Positions 49,499-60,741 of a DNA stretch of 64,000 bases are shown piece by piece. Position 1 is the first letter of the stretch. Each line of letters opens with the position of its first letter. Origin of the DNA: Leptospirillum sp. (lineage in GTDB: Bacteria; Nitrospirota; Leptospirillia; Leptospirillales; Leptospirillaceae); the NCBI GenBank assembly GCA_027323445.1, contig DAHWBS010000001.1:2115-66114 (forward strand). Direction: 5' to 3'. Both the position numbers and the translations under genes were made by a program. The notes under the pieces were generated by a model, which had not been told where the DNA came from, searched no databases, and saw nothing but the letters and a program-made list of their open reading frames with translations.

Positions 49499-50012
49499 TT
49501 CTTCCGGGTGGATCCTTCCTGCGGACTTCCAGACATCGGAAATCGGGGAGTTTTTGGGAAAACGTGTTTCTCCGGGAACGCTTGTCTTGCTCTCGGGTCC
49601 AACGGGAATTGGAAAAACCAGCTTCTGTAAAGGAGTTGCCGTCGCTTTAGGCATCAATGAGGTTTTGACGAGTCCAACTTTTCTGACGTGGCAGTCTTAT
49701 GATGGCGGACGGATTCCTCTGTTCCATGGGGACCTTGACCGTTTCGCACAAAAAGCCTCTGAAGAATTTGAATGGGCACTGACGGAATGTGCACAGGAAA
49801 AGTTGGCTTTGGTCGAGTGGGGTGAGCGGGTCTCTCAAAGAGCCAGAAGCCTGTTTGCAATAACAATCCATCTTTCCTTTTCCTGGTATGGTGATGCGGA
49901 GTATCCGGAACGCCGAATGTCTGTTTCCAGCCATTCGGTGTCTTCTGTAGCAGAAGAACTCGAGCGCGGGATCAACCTTTTTCTGAATGACGGGAAGCGA
50001 TGGAAGGTTTGA
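49482..50012 (+). CDS. tsaE: tRNA threonylcarbamoyladenosine biosynthesis ATPase TsaE
   Basis: LSGPTGIGKT, SPTF, H.DLDR, LVEWGE. Confidence 0.85.
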   Translation: MAKQTDSSGWILPADFQTSEIGEFLGKRVSPGTLVLLSGPTGIGKTSFCKGVAVALGINEVLTSPTFLTWQSYDGGRIPLFHGDLDRFAQKASEEFEWALTECAQEKLALVEWGERVSQRARSLFAITIHLSFSWYGDAEYPERRMSVSSHSVSSVAEELERGINLFLNDGKRWKV

Positions 50013-50521
50013 GCGCACCTTGGAGAATGGAATACATCAAGAAAAACGGTGAAGTCACTCCAAAAAGTGATTGTATATTGTGTGATCTCGGAAGGTCTGG
50101 CGTGGGAAGGGATCGTCTTGTCCTTTTTTGCGGTCGGGACTGTTACATTGTTCTGAATGCATTTCCTTATACAAGCGGTCATCTGATGGTTGTTCCGTAT
50201 CATCATGCCGGAACGTTTTCAGAACAATCCCAGTCGACTCTCAGCGAGATGATGTACCTTCTGAAACATGCGGAAAAGATTCTTTTTGATGAGTATCAGC
50301 CGACTGGATTCAATATGGGAGTCAATGTCGGTCGGACAGCCGGTGCGGGTATTCCCGGACACCTGCACTCTCATCTGTTGCCCCGATGGGATGGGGATAC
50401 GAACTTTATGACATCGATTCATGAAGTGCGTGTTTTGCCGGAGTCTTTGTTAATGACTTATGACCGGCTATTTCCCGCTTTTTCCCGGGTGCCTCAGGTG
50501 GGTGGGTGCTCTCAGGTATAA
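50000..50521 (+). CDS. HIT family hydrolase
   Basis: APWRMEYI, CILC, LNAFPY..GHLMVVP, HLHSH..PRW.GD. Confidence 0.92.
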   Translation: MEGLSAPWRMEYIKKNGEVTPKSDCILCDLGRSGVGRDRLVLFCGRDCYIVLNAFPYTSGHLMVVPYHHAGTFSEQSQSTLSEMMYLLKHAEKILFDEYQPTGFNMGVNVGRTAGAGIPGHLHSHLLPRWDGDTNFMTSIHEVRVLPESLLMTYDRLFPAFSRVPQVGGCSQV

Positions 50522-50601
50522 GAATATGTTTTGAAAGATATGGTATTGCAAATCTTGCGTCTGGCTTGTGAACGTTGGCTATGCAACCTGAAGGAGCTGA
50601 G

Positions 50602-51303
50602 ATGAAGGTATTCAGAGTGGTATTGTTTGTTCTGGGTTTTCAGTTGCTGGGTAACCTCTTTTTCCAGGAATCGGCTGCCCATGCATGGGTTGTGGCCGGA
50701 AAACCTGATTATCCGGTCGCCCCTGTTCACAAGAAACTGGAGGGCATCTATACCGACTATGCATTGCTGGCAAAAGAGATGGATGATGTTCTCGCCGAAA
50801 AGACGGTTCCGGTCAAGGAGTATTCTCCATGGAGGGCTTCCTGGGAAAAGAGGATGATGCTTGCGGAGGAAAGACTCCATCAGCTCTATCCTTATTTCAT
50901 GCCGATCAATCAGCATCCATGGACACGCGAGGCCGCTGTTTTTACAAATCTGCAGGGGGTGAGGGAGTGGCTCTGGACGGTAGAGCAGGATGAAAACAGC
51001 ATTGTTGATGGGAAACCAAACTTTGATATTGAAAATGGAAAGATTTACAGGCGGAACATTGATATGTACCGGGGATTTTTGGTGAAGGCAGGTACCATAT
51101 TGACCGGCGGCCTCTTTTCCGGTAACTTCTTCAAAGATACTCAGGCAACCATTTTGGCAAATTACTGTGTCTACCCTGAAGTACATGAAGATGGTACGAC
51201 CCATATGACAAAACTTGTCAAACCTTCGTTTCAGAAAATGGGGCTTCAGAACGGCTTGGCGATGGAAGGCAAGGATCAGCCTGAAACATCTCCTTCCAAA
51301 TAG
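50602..51303 (+). CDS. Hypothetical exported protein
   Basis: AAGGAG RBS; signal peptide ending AHA. Confidence 0.7.
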   Translation: MKVFRVVLFVLGFQLLGNLFFQESAAHAWVVAGKPDYPVAPVHKKLEGIYTDYALLAKEMDDVLAEKTVPVKEYSPWRASWEKRMMLAEERLHQLYPYFMPINQHPWTREAAVFTNLQGVREWLWTVEQDENSIVDGKPNFDIENGKIYRRNIDMYRGFLVKAGTILTGGLFSGNFFKDTQATILANYCVYPEVHEDGTTHMTKLVKPSFQKMGLQNGLAMEGKDQPETSPSK

Positions 51304-51365
51304 TTTTTTCTGTTTGATGTGTTGATGAAAACACTATTTTTTTAAGACTTTGTCGTCAGTTGTCT

Positions 51366-51513
51366 ATCCTTTTAAATCCAGGACTGAGAGCCTGGGAAAG
51401 GGTTCCGTGAGAGTTTCTTCTACTTCCTTATTCCTGTTTTTCCCTTCGCAAAATCGTTATTTGCCTTCCATCCTTTTTTCAAAACAATCCGACTTTTTGA
51501 GACAGGAATCCCC
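51366..51513 (+). promoter_or_regulatory. Putative PyrR-binding pyr leader
   Basis: CCTTTTAA-atCCAGG-actGAGAG-CCTGG-gAAAGG stem-loop resembling the PyrR binding loop, directly upstream of pyrR; an anti-SD segment follows. Confidence 0.55.
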
Positions 51514-52059
51514 ATGAACCCTCAAGGCGGTCCTCGTGTTCTTATGGATTCAAGCCAGATAGGTCGCACGATTCGCAGGATGGCTCATGAAATCCTTGAG
51601 CATAATCAGGGGACAAAAAACTTGTGTCTGGTCGGAATCCTTCAGGGAGGCGCGCTCCTTTCACAAAGAATTGGCGCGGTCATCGAGAGCATAGAAGGTG
51701 TTGCACCGCCGATGGGAACACTGGACATCACTCTTTACAGGGATGACCTTGCAATTCGTGCGGCTCCTCCCTTTCTGAGAGAAAGCGATATTCCTTTTTC
51801 CATAGATGACAGCCGGATTGTTTTGGTTGACGATGTTCTCTATACGGGTAGAACTGTCCGTTGCGCCCTGGATTTTTTAATGGATCTTGGCCGGCCATCT
51901 TCTGTGCAGCTTGCCGTATTGATTGATCGCGGGCACAGGGAGCTTCCGATTCGAGCCGATATTGTTGGCAAAAGCATCCCTACAAGCAGGCAGGAGAAAG
52001 TGCGCGTTCTTCTTGAGGATAATAATGAATCGGTCACTCTTGTCAGGATGTCATCATGA
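51514..52059 (+). CDS. pyrR: Bifunctional pyr attenuation regulator / uracil phosphoribosyltransferase
   Basis: RRMAHEILEHN, LDITLYRDD, LVDDVLYTGRT, DRGHRELPIRAD. Confidence 0.95.
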   Translation: MNPQGGPRVLMDSSQIGRTIRRMAHEILEHNQGTKNLCLVGILQGGALLSQRIGAVIESIEGVAPPMGTLDITLYRDDLAIRAAPPFLRESDIPFSIDDSRIVLVDDVLYTGRTVRCALDFLMDLGRPSSVQLAVLIDRGHRELPIRADIVGKSIPTSRQEKVRVLLEDNNESVTLVRMSS

Positions 52060-53027
52060 ATCTTTCCCTTCCCGTCCATACTCTTGAAAAAAAACATCTT
52101 CTGTCCATTTCAGACCTGTCTGTTCCTGAAATCGAAGGAATCTTCAAGACAGCAGACTCTTTTCTGGACCTTTCCTCACGCTCTGTTCGAAAGGTTCCCT
52201 CCCTCAGAGGGAAGATTATTGTCAATCTTTTTTACGAGCCATCGACCAGAACACGGACCTCTTTCGAAATTGCTGGTAAAAGACTTTCCGCTGATGTGAT
52301 CAATATAACGACAACCCAGTCGAGTGTTGTAAAAGGGGAAAGTCTCCTTGATACAGTCAGGACAATTGAAGCACTGGGGGCAGATGGCATTGTCATCCGT
52401 CATTCTGCATCAGGTGTTCCCCAATGGATTGCAAAACAGGTCGGTTGTCATGTGATTAATGCCGGTGATGGTTTGCGGGAGCATCCGACTCAGGCTCTTC
52501 TTGATCTGTTTACAATCCAGAAAAGAAAAAAGAAGTTGTCCGGATTGACCGTTGCCATCGTTGGAGATGTTCTTCATAGCCGGGTTGCCCGTTCAAATAT
52601 CATTGCCATGCAAATGATGGGGATGAATGTCAGGGTTGTGGGACCACCAACGCTGATCCCTAAGGAGGCAAGAAAGTGGGGTCTTGAGGTTTTCCATACC
52701 CTGAGGGAAGGGTTGGATCAAGCCGATGTCATTATGTTGCTGAGGTTACAGCTTGAGAGACAGGCATCTGGCTATATCCCTTCAATAGAGGAGTACTCAA
52801 GGTTGTTCGGTCTTTCTCCTGAAAAGCTCTCCTGGGCGGCTCCAGATGCGATTGTATTACATCCTGGTCCGGTCAATAGGGGAATTGAAATACAGGGAGA
52901 AGAGATGTTCGCAGACCGCTCAGCTGTTTTGGATCAGGTTCATCATGGAGTGGCTATCAGAATGGCCATCCTTTATCTTTTAATGGCCGGGGGGCGTCCC
53001 GAGGAGGACAATCGTGCACCAGCTTGA
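52056..53027 (+). CDS. pyrB: Aspartate carbamoyltransferase catalytic subunit
   Basis: FYEPSTRTRTSFE, KGESL, NAGDG..EHPTQALLD, HPGPVNRG. Confidence 0.96.
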   Translation: MNLSLPVHTLEKKHLLSISDLSVPEIEGIFKTADSFLDLSSRSVRKVPSLRGKIIVNLFYEPSTRTRTSFEIAGKRLSADVINITTTQSSVVKGESLLDTVRTIEALGADGIVIRHSASGVPQWIAKQVGCHVINAGDGLREHPTQALLDLFTIQKRKKKLSGLTVAIVGDVLHSRVARSNIIAMQMMGMNVRVVGPPTLIPKEARKWGLEVFHTLREGLDQADVIMLLRLQLERQASGYIPSIEEYSRLFGLSPEKLSWAAPDAIVLHPGPVNRGIEIQGEEMFADRSAVLDQVHHGVAIRMAILYLLMAGGRPEEDNRAPA

Positions 53028-54333
53028 ACGGAAGGGATCTTTTTTCCTGAAAAATGTCAGAATGCTTGATCCTGCCCAAAAGGTGGACCGGACGGGGGAT
53101 ATTCTGGTTTTGGAGGGAAAGGTTCGTGATTTTGGAGTTGTTGCTGAGGTTCCGTCTTCCATTTCTGTTTATGAAGGAGGGGGTGCACTTCTTGTGCCTG
53201 GATTCGTCGATGTACATGCACACTTCAGGGAACCCGGATTTGAGTATAAGGAAACAATTGAAAGTGGGTCGAAAGCAGCTGTCTCAGGTGGGTTTACAAG
53301 CGTTTGTGTGATGGCCAATACGAATCCTGTCAATGATCACCCCGGTGTTACAAGAGAAATGATTCGCAAGGCCGAGGATATTGGATTGTGCAGGATCTTT
53401 CCGATCGGTGCCGTTTCAATAGGCCTGAAAGGAGAGAATCTCTCGGAAATGGTGTCTCTCGCCGAGGCAGGTTGTATTGCTTTCTCTGACGATGGATTGC
53501 CTGTCCGGACAGCAAAGCTTATGAGGAGAGCACTGGAGTATTCAATCATGACAGGTCTTCCGATCATTGATCATTGTGAAGACAGGGATCTTTCCGATGG
53601 TGGGGTCATGAATGAAGGCTGGGTCAGTACAACCTTAGGGTTGAAGGGAATTCCGAATGCTTCTGAAGATGTTGTCATTGCAAGGGATATCGAGGTTCTT
53701 CGTTTGACCGGAGGAAAGCTCCACATTGCTCATCTGTCTACCGAAGGTGGAGTCCGGCTCGTTCGTCAGGCCAAAAAAGATGGTCTCCCCGTGACGGCTG
53801 AGACCTGTCCTCATTACTTCTCGTTGACAGATGAGTCTGTTCGTCATCACCACACCAATGCAAAGATGAACCCTCCGCTCCGGCAGGAAGCGGATCGAAA
53901 AGCGGTGATCGAGGGGCTTGCCGACGGTACAATCGATATGATTGCAACTGATCATGCCCCCCATGCTTCTCATGAAAAGGAGCGGGAGTTTGATCAGGCT
54001 CCTTTCGGTATCATTGGTCTTGAGACAGCCTTCTCCCTTGGATATGGACTTGTGGAGAGTGGAGAACTGACACTCGAAAAACTGATCCTTCTTATGGCCA
54101 ATCATCCTGCGCACCACTTCAGGCTGCCAGTGGGCGAAGTCCGGATAGACGGCCTTGCGGATTTTACCCTTCTGGATCTATCAAAGCGGCAGACAGTTGA
54201 AAAAGATTTTTTTCGTTCCAAGAGCCGTAACTCTCCATTTTTAGGATCAGTCATTGGAGGAGAGGTTAAAAAAACTTTTATGAATGGCCGACTTGTCTTT
54301 GACCGGGCAAAGGACAAAGAGGTGGGGCGATGA
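53014..54333 (+). CDS. pyrC: Dihydroorotase
   Basis: PGFVDVHAHFREPG, FSDDG, HCED, KMNPPLR, IATDHAPH. Confidence 0.95.
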   Translation: MHQLERKGSFFLKNVRMLDPAQKVDRTGDILVLEGKVRDFGVVAEVPSSISVYEGGGALLVPGFVDVHAHFREPGFEYKETIESGSKAAVSGGFTSVCVMANTNPVNDHPGVTREMIRKAEDIGLCRIFPIGAVSIGLKGENLSEMVSLAEAGCIAFSDDGLPVRTAKLMRRALEYSIMTGLPIIDHCEDRDLSDGGVMNEGWVSTTLGLKGIPNASEDVVIARDIEVLRLTGGKLHIAHLSTEGGVRLVRQAKKDGLPVTAETCPHYFSLTDESVRHHHTNAKMNPPLRQEADRKAVIEGLADGTIDMIATDHAPHASHEKEREFDQAPFGIIGLETAFSLGYGLVESGELTLEKLILLMANHPAHHFRLPVGEVRIDGLADFTLLDLSKRQTVEKDFFRSKSRNSPFLGSVIGGEVKKTFMNGRLVFDRAKDKEVGR

Positions 54334-55415
54334 AATCTTTTCCTCCCATTGCTCTGGTCCTGGAAGACGGGATGATCTTTTCGGGGCAAAGTGTTGGTGC
54401 ATCCGGAACAGTGTCGGGTGAAGTCGTTTTTAACACTGCGATGTCGGGGTATCAGGAAGTTCTGACGGACCCTTCTTATGCTGGACAGATTGTAGTGATG
54501 ACATCACCGATGATCGGTAATACCGGGATTAACGAGGTTGATGCTGAATCTTCGAAAATACAGCTTTCAGGATTCCTGACTACGGCGATGTGCCATCAGC
54601 CCTCGCACCATCAATGTATCAAAACATTGCCTGACTATCTTCTGGAGCAGGGGACCGTTTCCGCCCAGGGAATTGATACCCGATCACTGACGCGTCATTT
54701 GAGGGAAAAAGGTGTTCTGCGAGGCATTCTTACGACCGAGACGGATGAGTCGTCCCGACTGATCGAACGGGCAAGGCGAGTCCCTTCCATTGAGTCACTT
54801 GATCTTGTTCGTCAGGGACTTTCCCTGAATGAAACCTTGAAAAGGTCATTCACTTCCGCTCTTGAAGTTGTTCTTATTGATTTTGGGGCAAAGGGATCCA
54901 TCAAAAAGTGTCTGGAGGATCTTGGCGTAAGAGTCCGGGTTGTTCCTCCTGACACAAGGGCCAAGTCAATTCTGGATGATCGTCCCGATGGGGTTGTCCT
55001 TTCAAATGGTCCTGGGGACCCGTCCCGGCTGACATCTATTATTGGAGAGGTCAGGGGACTCTTGGGCCGTCTTCCTATTTTGGGAATATGTCTGGGACAC
55101 CAGCTGTTAAGTTTGGCGGTCGGGGCAAAAACCTACAAACTTTCCTTTGGTCACCACGGAATCAATCATCCGGTCGTGGACCTTCGCTCAGGAAAGGTTT
55201 GGATTACCTCTCAGAATCACAATTATGCTGTTCGGGAAGACAGTCTTCCTGATGGGTGTGAGCCTATATACAGGAGCCTGTACGATGGATCACTCGAGGG
55301 AATCCGTTTCTCCCGCTCTCCGATATTGTCCGTTCAGTTCCACCCGGAGGCTGCACCAGGGCCTACGGATGCCTTGCCAATCTTTTCCGAGTTTCTCCAA
55401 ATGTTGAAGAGGTAG
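54330..55415 (+). CDS. carA: Carbamoyl-phosphate synthase small subunit
   Basis: GEVVFNT.MSGYQE.LTDPSY, LSNGPGDP, GICLGHQ, SQNHNY, QFHPE. Confidence 0.96.
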   Translation: MKSFPPIALVLEDGMIFSGQSVGASGTVSGEVVFNTAMSGYQEVLTDPSYAGQIVVMTSPMIGNTGINEVDAESSKIQLSGFLTTAMCHQPSHHQCIKTLPDYLLEQGTVSAQGIDTRSLTRHLREKGVLRGILTTETDESSRLIERARRVPSIESLDLVRQGLSLNETLKRSFTSALEVVLIDFGAKGSIKKCLEDLGVRVRVVPPDTRAKSILDDRPDGVVLSNGPGDPSRLTSIIGEVRGLLGRLPILGICLGHQLLSLAVGAKTYKLSFGHHGINHPVVDLRSGKVWITSQNHNYAVREDSLPDGCEPIYRSLYDGSLEGIRFSRSPILSVQFHPEAAPGPTDALPIFSEFLQMLKR

Positions 55416-55419
55416 CCGC

Positions 55420-56403
55420 TTGTTTTCTGATGCTTTTGACTCATCCATCATTCGTAGTGAATTTTGGAGACAAAGGGCCATACTTGCTTGGGAAAAGTAC
55501 CGCGGCTGCACTGTCTGTCCCAGAAATTGCCAGGTAGATCGTATTTCTGGTGAAACGGGAACGTGCCGGACGGGGGTCAGTATCTCCCTTTCTGCTGCCA
55601 ATCTGCACTTTGGGGAAGAGCCCTGCATTTCCGGCGTCAGAGGTTCAGGCACGGTTTTCCTGACATCTTGCAACTTATCCTGTGACTTTTGCCAAAACTT
55701 CCCGATCAGTCAAATGGATTATGGCAAAAAAATTACATTCCAGGAGCTTTCCCGTATCTTTTTGGATCTTGAGAAAAGAGGGGCGCACAATATTAACCTT
55801 GTGACGCCCAGTCATGTCGTCCCATCTCTCCTGATTTCCATTATTATTGCCCGTGAATCCGGACTTTCGATTCCGATTGTCTACAACTCCAACGGATATG
55901 ATGATGTGGGGATGCTGCGATTGCTGGAGGGGCTGATTGATATTTACCTCCCGGACATGAAGTACTCGGAGGAGATTTATGCCCGGCGCATATCGAAGGC
56001 AGATCGTTATGTCTATTTTAACAGGCTAGCTGTTCTTGAAATGTTCCGTCAGGTTGGCAATCTTGTTCTGGATGAAAATGGAATCGCGAAAAAAGGTCTT
56101 TTGGTTCGACATTTGATCATGCCAAATAGCATTGGTGGTTTGGAGAAGACAGGGGCATTTATTCAGGAAAATCTTGGAAAGGATACGTCTGTTTCCTTGA
56201 TGGCCCAGTATTTTCCCGCAAACAGGGCTCTTAAAAAAGTCTCTATTAACCGACCGATCTCGATGGATGAATATGAGAGTGCGATGGAGACCCTTTTTTC
56301 TCTGGAGCTTTTCGAAGGGTATATCCAGGAAAAAGAAGAAACAGATGATGAAGAGGACAGAATTCCGATGACACCTTCGGACCGGGAGAGGGAAATTGCC
56401 TAA
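55420..56403 (+). CDS. Radical SAM protein (PflX-like)
   Basis: [46 protein letters not shown]. Confidence 0.9.
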   Translation: MFSDAFDSSIIRSEFWRQRAILAWEKYRGCTVCPRNCQVDRISGETGTCRTGVSISLSAANLHFGEEPCISGVRGSGTVFLTSCNLSCDFCQNFPISQMDYGKKITFQELSRIFLDLEKRGAHNINLVTPSHVVPSLLISIIIARESGLSIPIVYNSNGYDDVGMLRLLEGLIDIYLPDMKYSEEIYARRISKADRYVYFNRLAVLEMFRQVGNLVLDENGIAKKGLLVRHLIMPNSIGGLEKTGAFIQENLGKDTSVSLMAQYFPANRALKKVSINRPISMDEYESAMETLFSLELFEGYIQEKEETDDEEDRIPMTPSDREREIA

Positions 56404-59400
56404 GCGTACAGATATTCGAAAAATCATGATCATCGGTTCTGGCCCAATTGTCATTGGACAAGCAGGGGAGTTCGATTATTCGGGAACCCAGGCGGTTCAA
56501 GCTCTCAAGGAGGAAGGATATATCGTTTCCCTTGTGAATTCGAATCCGGCAACGATCATGACGGATCCCGACCTGGCAGACAAAACCTATATGGTGCCAT
56601 TGACTGTGGAGGCCTTGGAACGGGTTCTTGAGGTGGATCGTCCTGATGCAATCTTGCCGACCATGGGTGGTCAAACGGCATTGAATCTCGCGGTGAGCCT
56701 TTCCGATCGGGGAGTCCTGTCCCGTTTGGGAATCAAGTTGATCGGGATATCTGTTGATTCCATTCGAAAGGCAGAAGATCGAGGGTTATTTAAAAAAGCG
56801 ATGGAAAAGATAGGTTTGAGCAGCCCCAAGAGCTTTGTTGTCCATTCTCTCGAAGAGGCGAATCGGGCGTTAGCCTCGATTCCTTTTCCAGTTCTTATCA
56901 GAGCTTCGTTTACTTTGGGCGGGACAGGGGGAGGTATCGCAAGAAATGTCGAAGAGTTTGAGCAAAAGGTTTTATCCGGTCTTGACCTGAGCCCTGTTAG
57001 CGAGGTGTTGGTGGAAGAGTCCTTGCTGGGATGGAAGGAATTCGAGCTCGAAGTTGTCAGGGATCACACGGATAATTCCATTATCGTTTGCTCCATTGAA
57101 AATCTTGATCCAATGGGTATACACACCGGGGACAGTATTACGGTTGCGCCGGCGATGACGTTGACCGACAGGGAATATCAATATCTCAGAAATGCTGCAA
57201 TTTCCATCCTCAAGGAAATCGGTGTGGAAACTGGTGGCTCCAATGTCCAGTTTGCTGTCAACCCAGAATCTGGCAGGGTGCTTGTAATAGAGATGAACCC
57301 AAGAGTATCAAGAAGCTCAGCTCTGGCATCCAAGGCAACCGGATTTCCGATTGCAAGGGTCGCAACAAAGGTTGCAATCGGGTATACGCTCGATGAGATC
57401 AAAAATGATATTACGAAGGTAACCCCTGCAGCTTTTGAACCAAGCATTGATTATGTTGTGGTCAAGGTTCCCCGATTCCATTTTGAAAAATTTGCCCAGG
57501 CATCGAGGATCCTTGGACCACAAATGCAATCAGTGGGAGAGGTGATGGGAATCGGCCATCACTTCAAGGAAGCCTTGATGAAGGCTCTTAGATCTCTTGA
57601 AAACAATCGCTCCGGCTTTGCCTCTCCAGCTCTTCCAGCGAGCGCCATGGAGGTCGAAGAGATGTTGCGGTTATCCCTTGATGACCGGATACATCGAATC
57701 GCCCAAGCGTTCAGGCAAGGTTATTCTGTGGAGAAGATCTATGAGTGGACCGGAGTGGATCCGTTTTTTCTGAATGAAATTCTGGAACTGGTCCACCTCG
57801 AAGTCGAGATATCCGAACGTTGTAACGAACCGCTTGCCCTTTTTCCGGACGACCTTTTGAGAAAAGCAAAAAAAGATGGTTTGTCTGACCGCAGAATCGC
57901 CGAACTTTTGCAAAAAGATGAGTCTCTTGTCAGGGAGATGCGTCAACGAAGAGGGATTTCTCTCCAATACCGCAGGGTTGATACATGCGCTGCGGAATTC
58001 GATACCGTTACGCCTTATCTTTATGGGACCTATTCCGGGGTTGACGAAAGGAATCTCTCAAGTTCCCTGAAGAAAAGTGTTGTTATCCTTGGATCGGGGC
58101 CAAACAGGATCGGTCAGGGTGTCGAATTTGACTATTGTTGCGTTCATGGAGTAATGGCTGCCAGGGAAATGGGATTTGATGCAGTCATGGTCAATTGCAA
58201 CCCTGAAACAGTCTCTACGGATTTCGATATTTCGGACCGACTGTATTTTGATCCTCTTACCAGTGAGGATGTTCTCGGAATTCTGGAAGGAGAAAATCTT
58301 TTGGGAGTTGTTGTACAGTTCGGCGGACAAACTCCTCTCAAGCTTGCAGCAGTCCTCGCAGAAAAAAACATTCCTATCCTGGGGACATCTCCTGAGATGA
58401 CCGATCTGGCGGAAGATCGGGAGAGATTCCGGGATGTGATCCAGGACCTGGGGCTATTACAACCACTGAGCGCGTTATCTTATTCCATAGCAGAGACCCC
58501 TGATGTTGTAAGGTCAGTGGGATTTCCTGTGCTGGTTCGTCCTTCTTACGTTCTGGGTGGAGAGGCCATGGAGGTCCTGTACGATGAAGAGGATCTGTCC
58601 ACCTATCTTGCAAGGGCTTCCAGTCTGGATTTTCGTTTTCCTCTTTTGATCGACTCGTTTCTTGGTCAGGCGACCGAAGTGGATGTCGATGCATTGTGCG
58701 ATGGAACGTCTGTATACATCGGTGGGATCCTTGAGCATATTGAGGAAGCCGGAATCCATTCTGGTGATTCAGCCTGTTTCCTCCCGCCAATGAACCTTTC
58801 AGAAAAGGTTCTTCAAATATTGAGGGAGCAGACGATCAAGCTTGGGCTTCGGCTTTCGGTCAAGGGGCTGATGAACATCCAGTTTGCTGTCCAGAACGAA
58901 AAGGTTTACATCCTGGAGGTCAACCCAAGAGCCTCGAGAACAGTTCCTTTCATCAGCAAGTCAATTGGTCTTCCTCTCGCAAAAATAGCAATGAAGATTA
59001 TGCTTGGAAAGTCATTGGCTGATTTTGGACTCTCTCATGGAGAGGTTGCTCGCACACCCTTTGTTTCAGTCAAGGAAGCGGTTTTTCCATTCAAAAAATT
59101 TGCTGGCGTTGATACAATTCTTGGGCCGGAGATGAAGTCCACCGGCGAGGTTATGGGGCTTTCCCGTCGTTTTTCAAAAGCATTTCTGGATGCCCAAGAG
59201 GGTGCCGGGATGAGTCTCCCAAAGCATGGACGTGTTTTTGTCAGTGTATCTGACAGGGATAAACCAGCTATTATTGAAATATGTCGTTCCCTCGATTCTC
59301 TGGGATATCAACTTGTTGCCACAGGCGGAACTCGCGATGTGCTGATTGCTGCAGGGATGGAGGTTGAGCATGTTAATAAGGTAAAAGAGGGCTCTCCTCA

Positions 59401-59626
59401 CATTGTTGACCAGATTGCCGATGCTAGAATCGCTCTTGTGGTGAACACTGTGTCTGGTAAAAGCTCCCAGAGAGATTCTCTGTCGATCAGACGGGAAACA
59501 CTTGCGAGAAATATTCCCTATTACACGACGGTGGCAGGAGCTAAGGCCTTGGCCTTGGCTCTTTTGGATGCATCAAGACCAAATGTCCTAGAAGAAGTCA
59601 TTTCTTTGCAGGAGATTCGTAGATAG
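56396..59626 (+). CDS. carB: Carbamoyl-phosphate synthase large subunit
   Basis: [23 protein letters not shown], duplicated ATP-grasp domains, NPRVSRSS, C-terminal MGS domain. Confidence 0.97.
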   Translation: MPKRTDIRKIMIIGSGPIVIGQAGEFDYSGTQAVQALKEEGYIVSLVNSNPATIMTDPDLADKTYMVPLTVEALERVLEVDRPDAILPTMGGQTALNLAVSLSDRGVLSRLGIKLIGISVDSIRKAEDRGLFKKAMEKIGLSSPKSFVVHSLEEANRALASIPFPVLIRASFTLGGTGGGIARNVEEFEQKVLSGLDLSPVSEVLVEESLLGWKEFELEVVRDHTDNSIIVCSIENLDPMGIHTGDSITVAPAMTLTDREYQYLRNAAISILKEIGVETGGSNVQFAVNPESGRVLVIEMNPRVSRSSALASKATGFPIARVATKVAIGYTLDEIKNDITKVTPAAFEPSIDYVVVKVPRFHFEKFAQASRILGPQMQSVGEVMGIGHHFKEALMKALRSLENNRSGFASPALPASAMEVEEMLRLSLDDRIHRIAQAFRQGYSVEKIYEWTGVDPFFLNEILELVHLEVEISERCNEPLALFPDDLLRKAKKDGLSDRRIAELLQKDESLVREMRQRRGISLQYRRVDTCAAEFDTVTPYLYGTYSGVDERNLSSSLKKSVVILGSGPNRIGQGVEFDYCCVHGVMAAREMGFDAVMVNCNPETVSTDFDISDRLYFDPLTSEDVLGILEGENLLGVVVQFGGQTPLKLAAVLAEKNIPILGTSPEMTDLAEDRERFRDVIQDLGLLQPLSALSYSIAETPDVVRSVGFPVLVRPSYVLGGEAMEVLYDEEDLSTYLARASSLDFRFPLLIDSFLGQATEVDVDALCDGTSVYIGGILEHIEEAGIHSGDSACFLPPMNLSEKVLQILREQTIKLGLRLSVKGLMNIQFAVQNEKVYILEVNPRASRTVPFISKSIGLPLAKIAMKIMLGKSLADFGLSHGEVARTPFVSVKEAVFPFKKFAGVDTILGPEMKSTGEVMGLSRRFSKAFLDAQEGAGMSLPKHGRVFVSVSDRDKPAIIEICRSLDSLGYQLVATGGTRDVLIAAGMEVEHVNKVKEGSPHIVDQIADARIALVVNTVSGKSSQRDSLSIRRETLARNIPYYTTVAGAKALALALLDASRPNVLEEVISLQEIRR

Positions 59627-59685
59627 TTCTCTCTTGTGTCTGAAAACGTGTTGTCATATTTAAAGAAAAAAGAAAAGGTGAGATA

Positions 59686-60153
59686 ATGAATCAGTTACCA
59701 ATGACTAAAGAAGGTTATGATAAATTGGTGGAGGAGCTTGATCGTCTTAAACACGTGGAACGCCCCAAAAATATTGCAGATATTGCCGAAGCACGGGCCC
59801 ATGGTGATCTTTCCGAAAATGCAGAATATCATGCCGCAAAAGAACGTCAGGGTTTTTTGGGTTCCAGAATTCAGGAACTTGAACAGAAAATATCAGCAGC
59901 CATTATTGTCTCCTCTGCCCATCAGGATCCATCGAGGGTTACCTTTGGTGCGACGGTCAGGCTGGTTTCAGCCACCGGTGAAGAAAAGCGGTATACCCTG
60001 GTCGGACAGGAAGAGGTAGACCTGAAGCTTGGCAAAATATCGATCCAGTCTCCGGTGGGTAAAGCATTGATTGGTCACTCAAAGGGGGAAAGTGTCACAA
60101 TTCGCATCCCATCAGGGGAAGTTGTTTATTCCATTGAGGAAATCCTCTACTAG
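59686..60153 (+). CDS. greA: Transcription elongation factor GreA
   Basis: EARAHGDLSENAEYHAAKE, IS..SPVGKALIG. Confidence 0.96.
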   Translation: MNQLPMTKEGYDKLVEELDRLKHVERPKNIADIAEARAHGDLSENAEYHAAKERQGFLGSRIQELEQKISAAIIVSSAHQDPSRVTFGATVRLVSATGEEKRYTLVGQEEVDLKLGKISIQSPVGKALIGHSKGESVTIRIPSGEVVYSIEEILY

Positions 60154-60209
60154 ATCTGAGGCGAAAGAATGCAGACCCCGATGGACGGCAAGAAGTGGAT
60201 TACAATCAT

Positions 60210-60226
60210 TGTTGTCATACTGACAA
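60210..60226. promoter_or_regulatory. Candidate upstream activator site (TGT-N10-ACA containing the palindrome TTGTCA-tac-TGACAA)
   Basis: About 210 bp upstream of a perfect sigma54 promoter. Confidence 0.45.
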
Positions 60227-60435
60227 TTCTTGTCCCGACTTTTGTGATTATCTTTAATGCGTATTATGGTTTTTCCCTCTATCATAAAGTCATGGGTCCG
60301 GGGTAATTCTTTTATCTGCCAGACCTGTATCAATTCGAAATAATGGTTTCTAAACATGTTTCATTTTGATATGATTTTTTTTGTGTCGCATAATCTTGTT
60401 TGAGAAAAGTTAATTATTGAAAGTTCTTATTGTTT

Positions 60436-60451
60436 TGGCACGGGTATTGCT
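60436..60451 (+). promoter_or_regulatory. Sigma54 (-24/-12) promoter
   Basis: TGGCAC-GGGTA-TTGCT matches TGGCAC-N5-TTGCW exactly. Confidence 0.85.
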
Positions 60452-60506
60452 AGTGTATCGTTGAAAGAATTCTGGATTGTCTGATGACAATAGACGGAGG
60501 TCAGCG

Positions 60507-60704
60507 ATGGAATGCCCAAGATGCCATACGGAGATGTTTGAAGAAGAGTTTAATGATTTAAATGACGATACAGGTTATTTGGGTTTCCGGGGTTGGAGAT
60601 GCATTCTCTGTGGGGAGATTGTGGATTCCGTGATTCTCTCTAACAGGAAGCGAAGGCCCGCTCCTATTGTAGGCCGAAATCGTAAGATAATGGCATATAA
60701 CTAA
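60507..60704 (+). CDS. Small zinc-ribbon protein
   Basis: GGAGG RBS; MECPRC...WRCILCGEIVD. Confidence 0.8.
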   Translation: MECPRCHTEMFEEEFNDLNDDTGYLGFRGWRCILCGEIVDSVILSNRKRRPAPIVGRNRKIMAYN

Positions 60705-60741
60705 ATTATTCAAACGGAATCACAACAGGAGGATATAGTAG

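Noticed and set aside
50512-51204. 230-aa antisense ORF and the many other overlapping shadow ORFs in the track
   Set aside because: They lack recognisable motifs and lie opposite or out of frame with better-supported genes.
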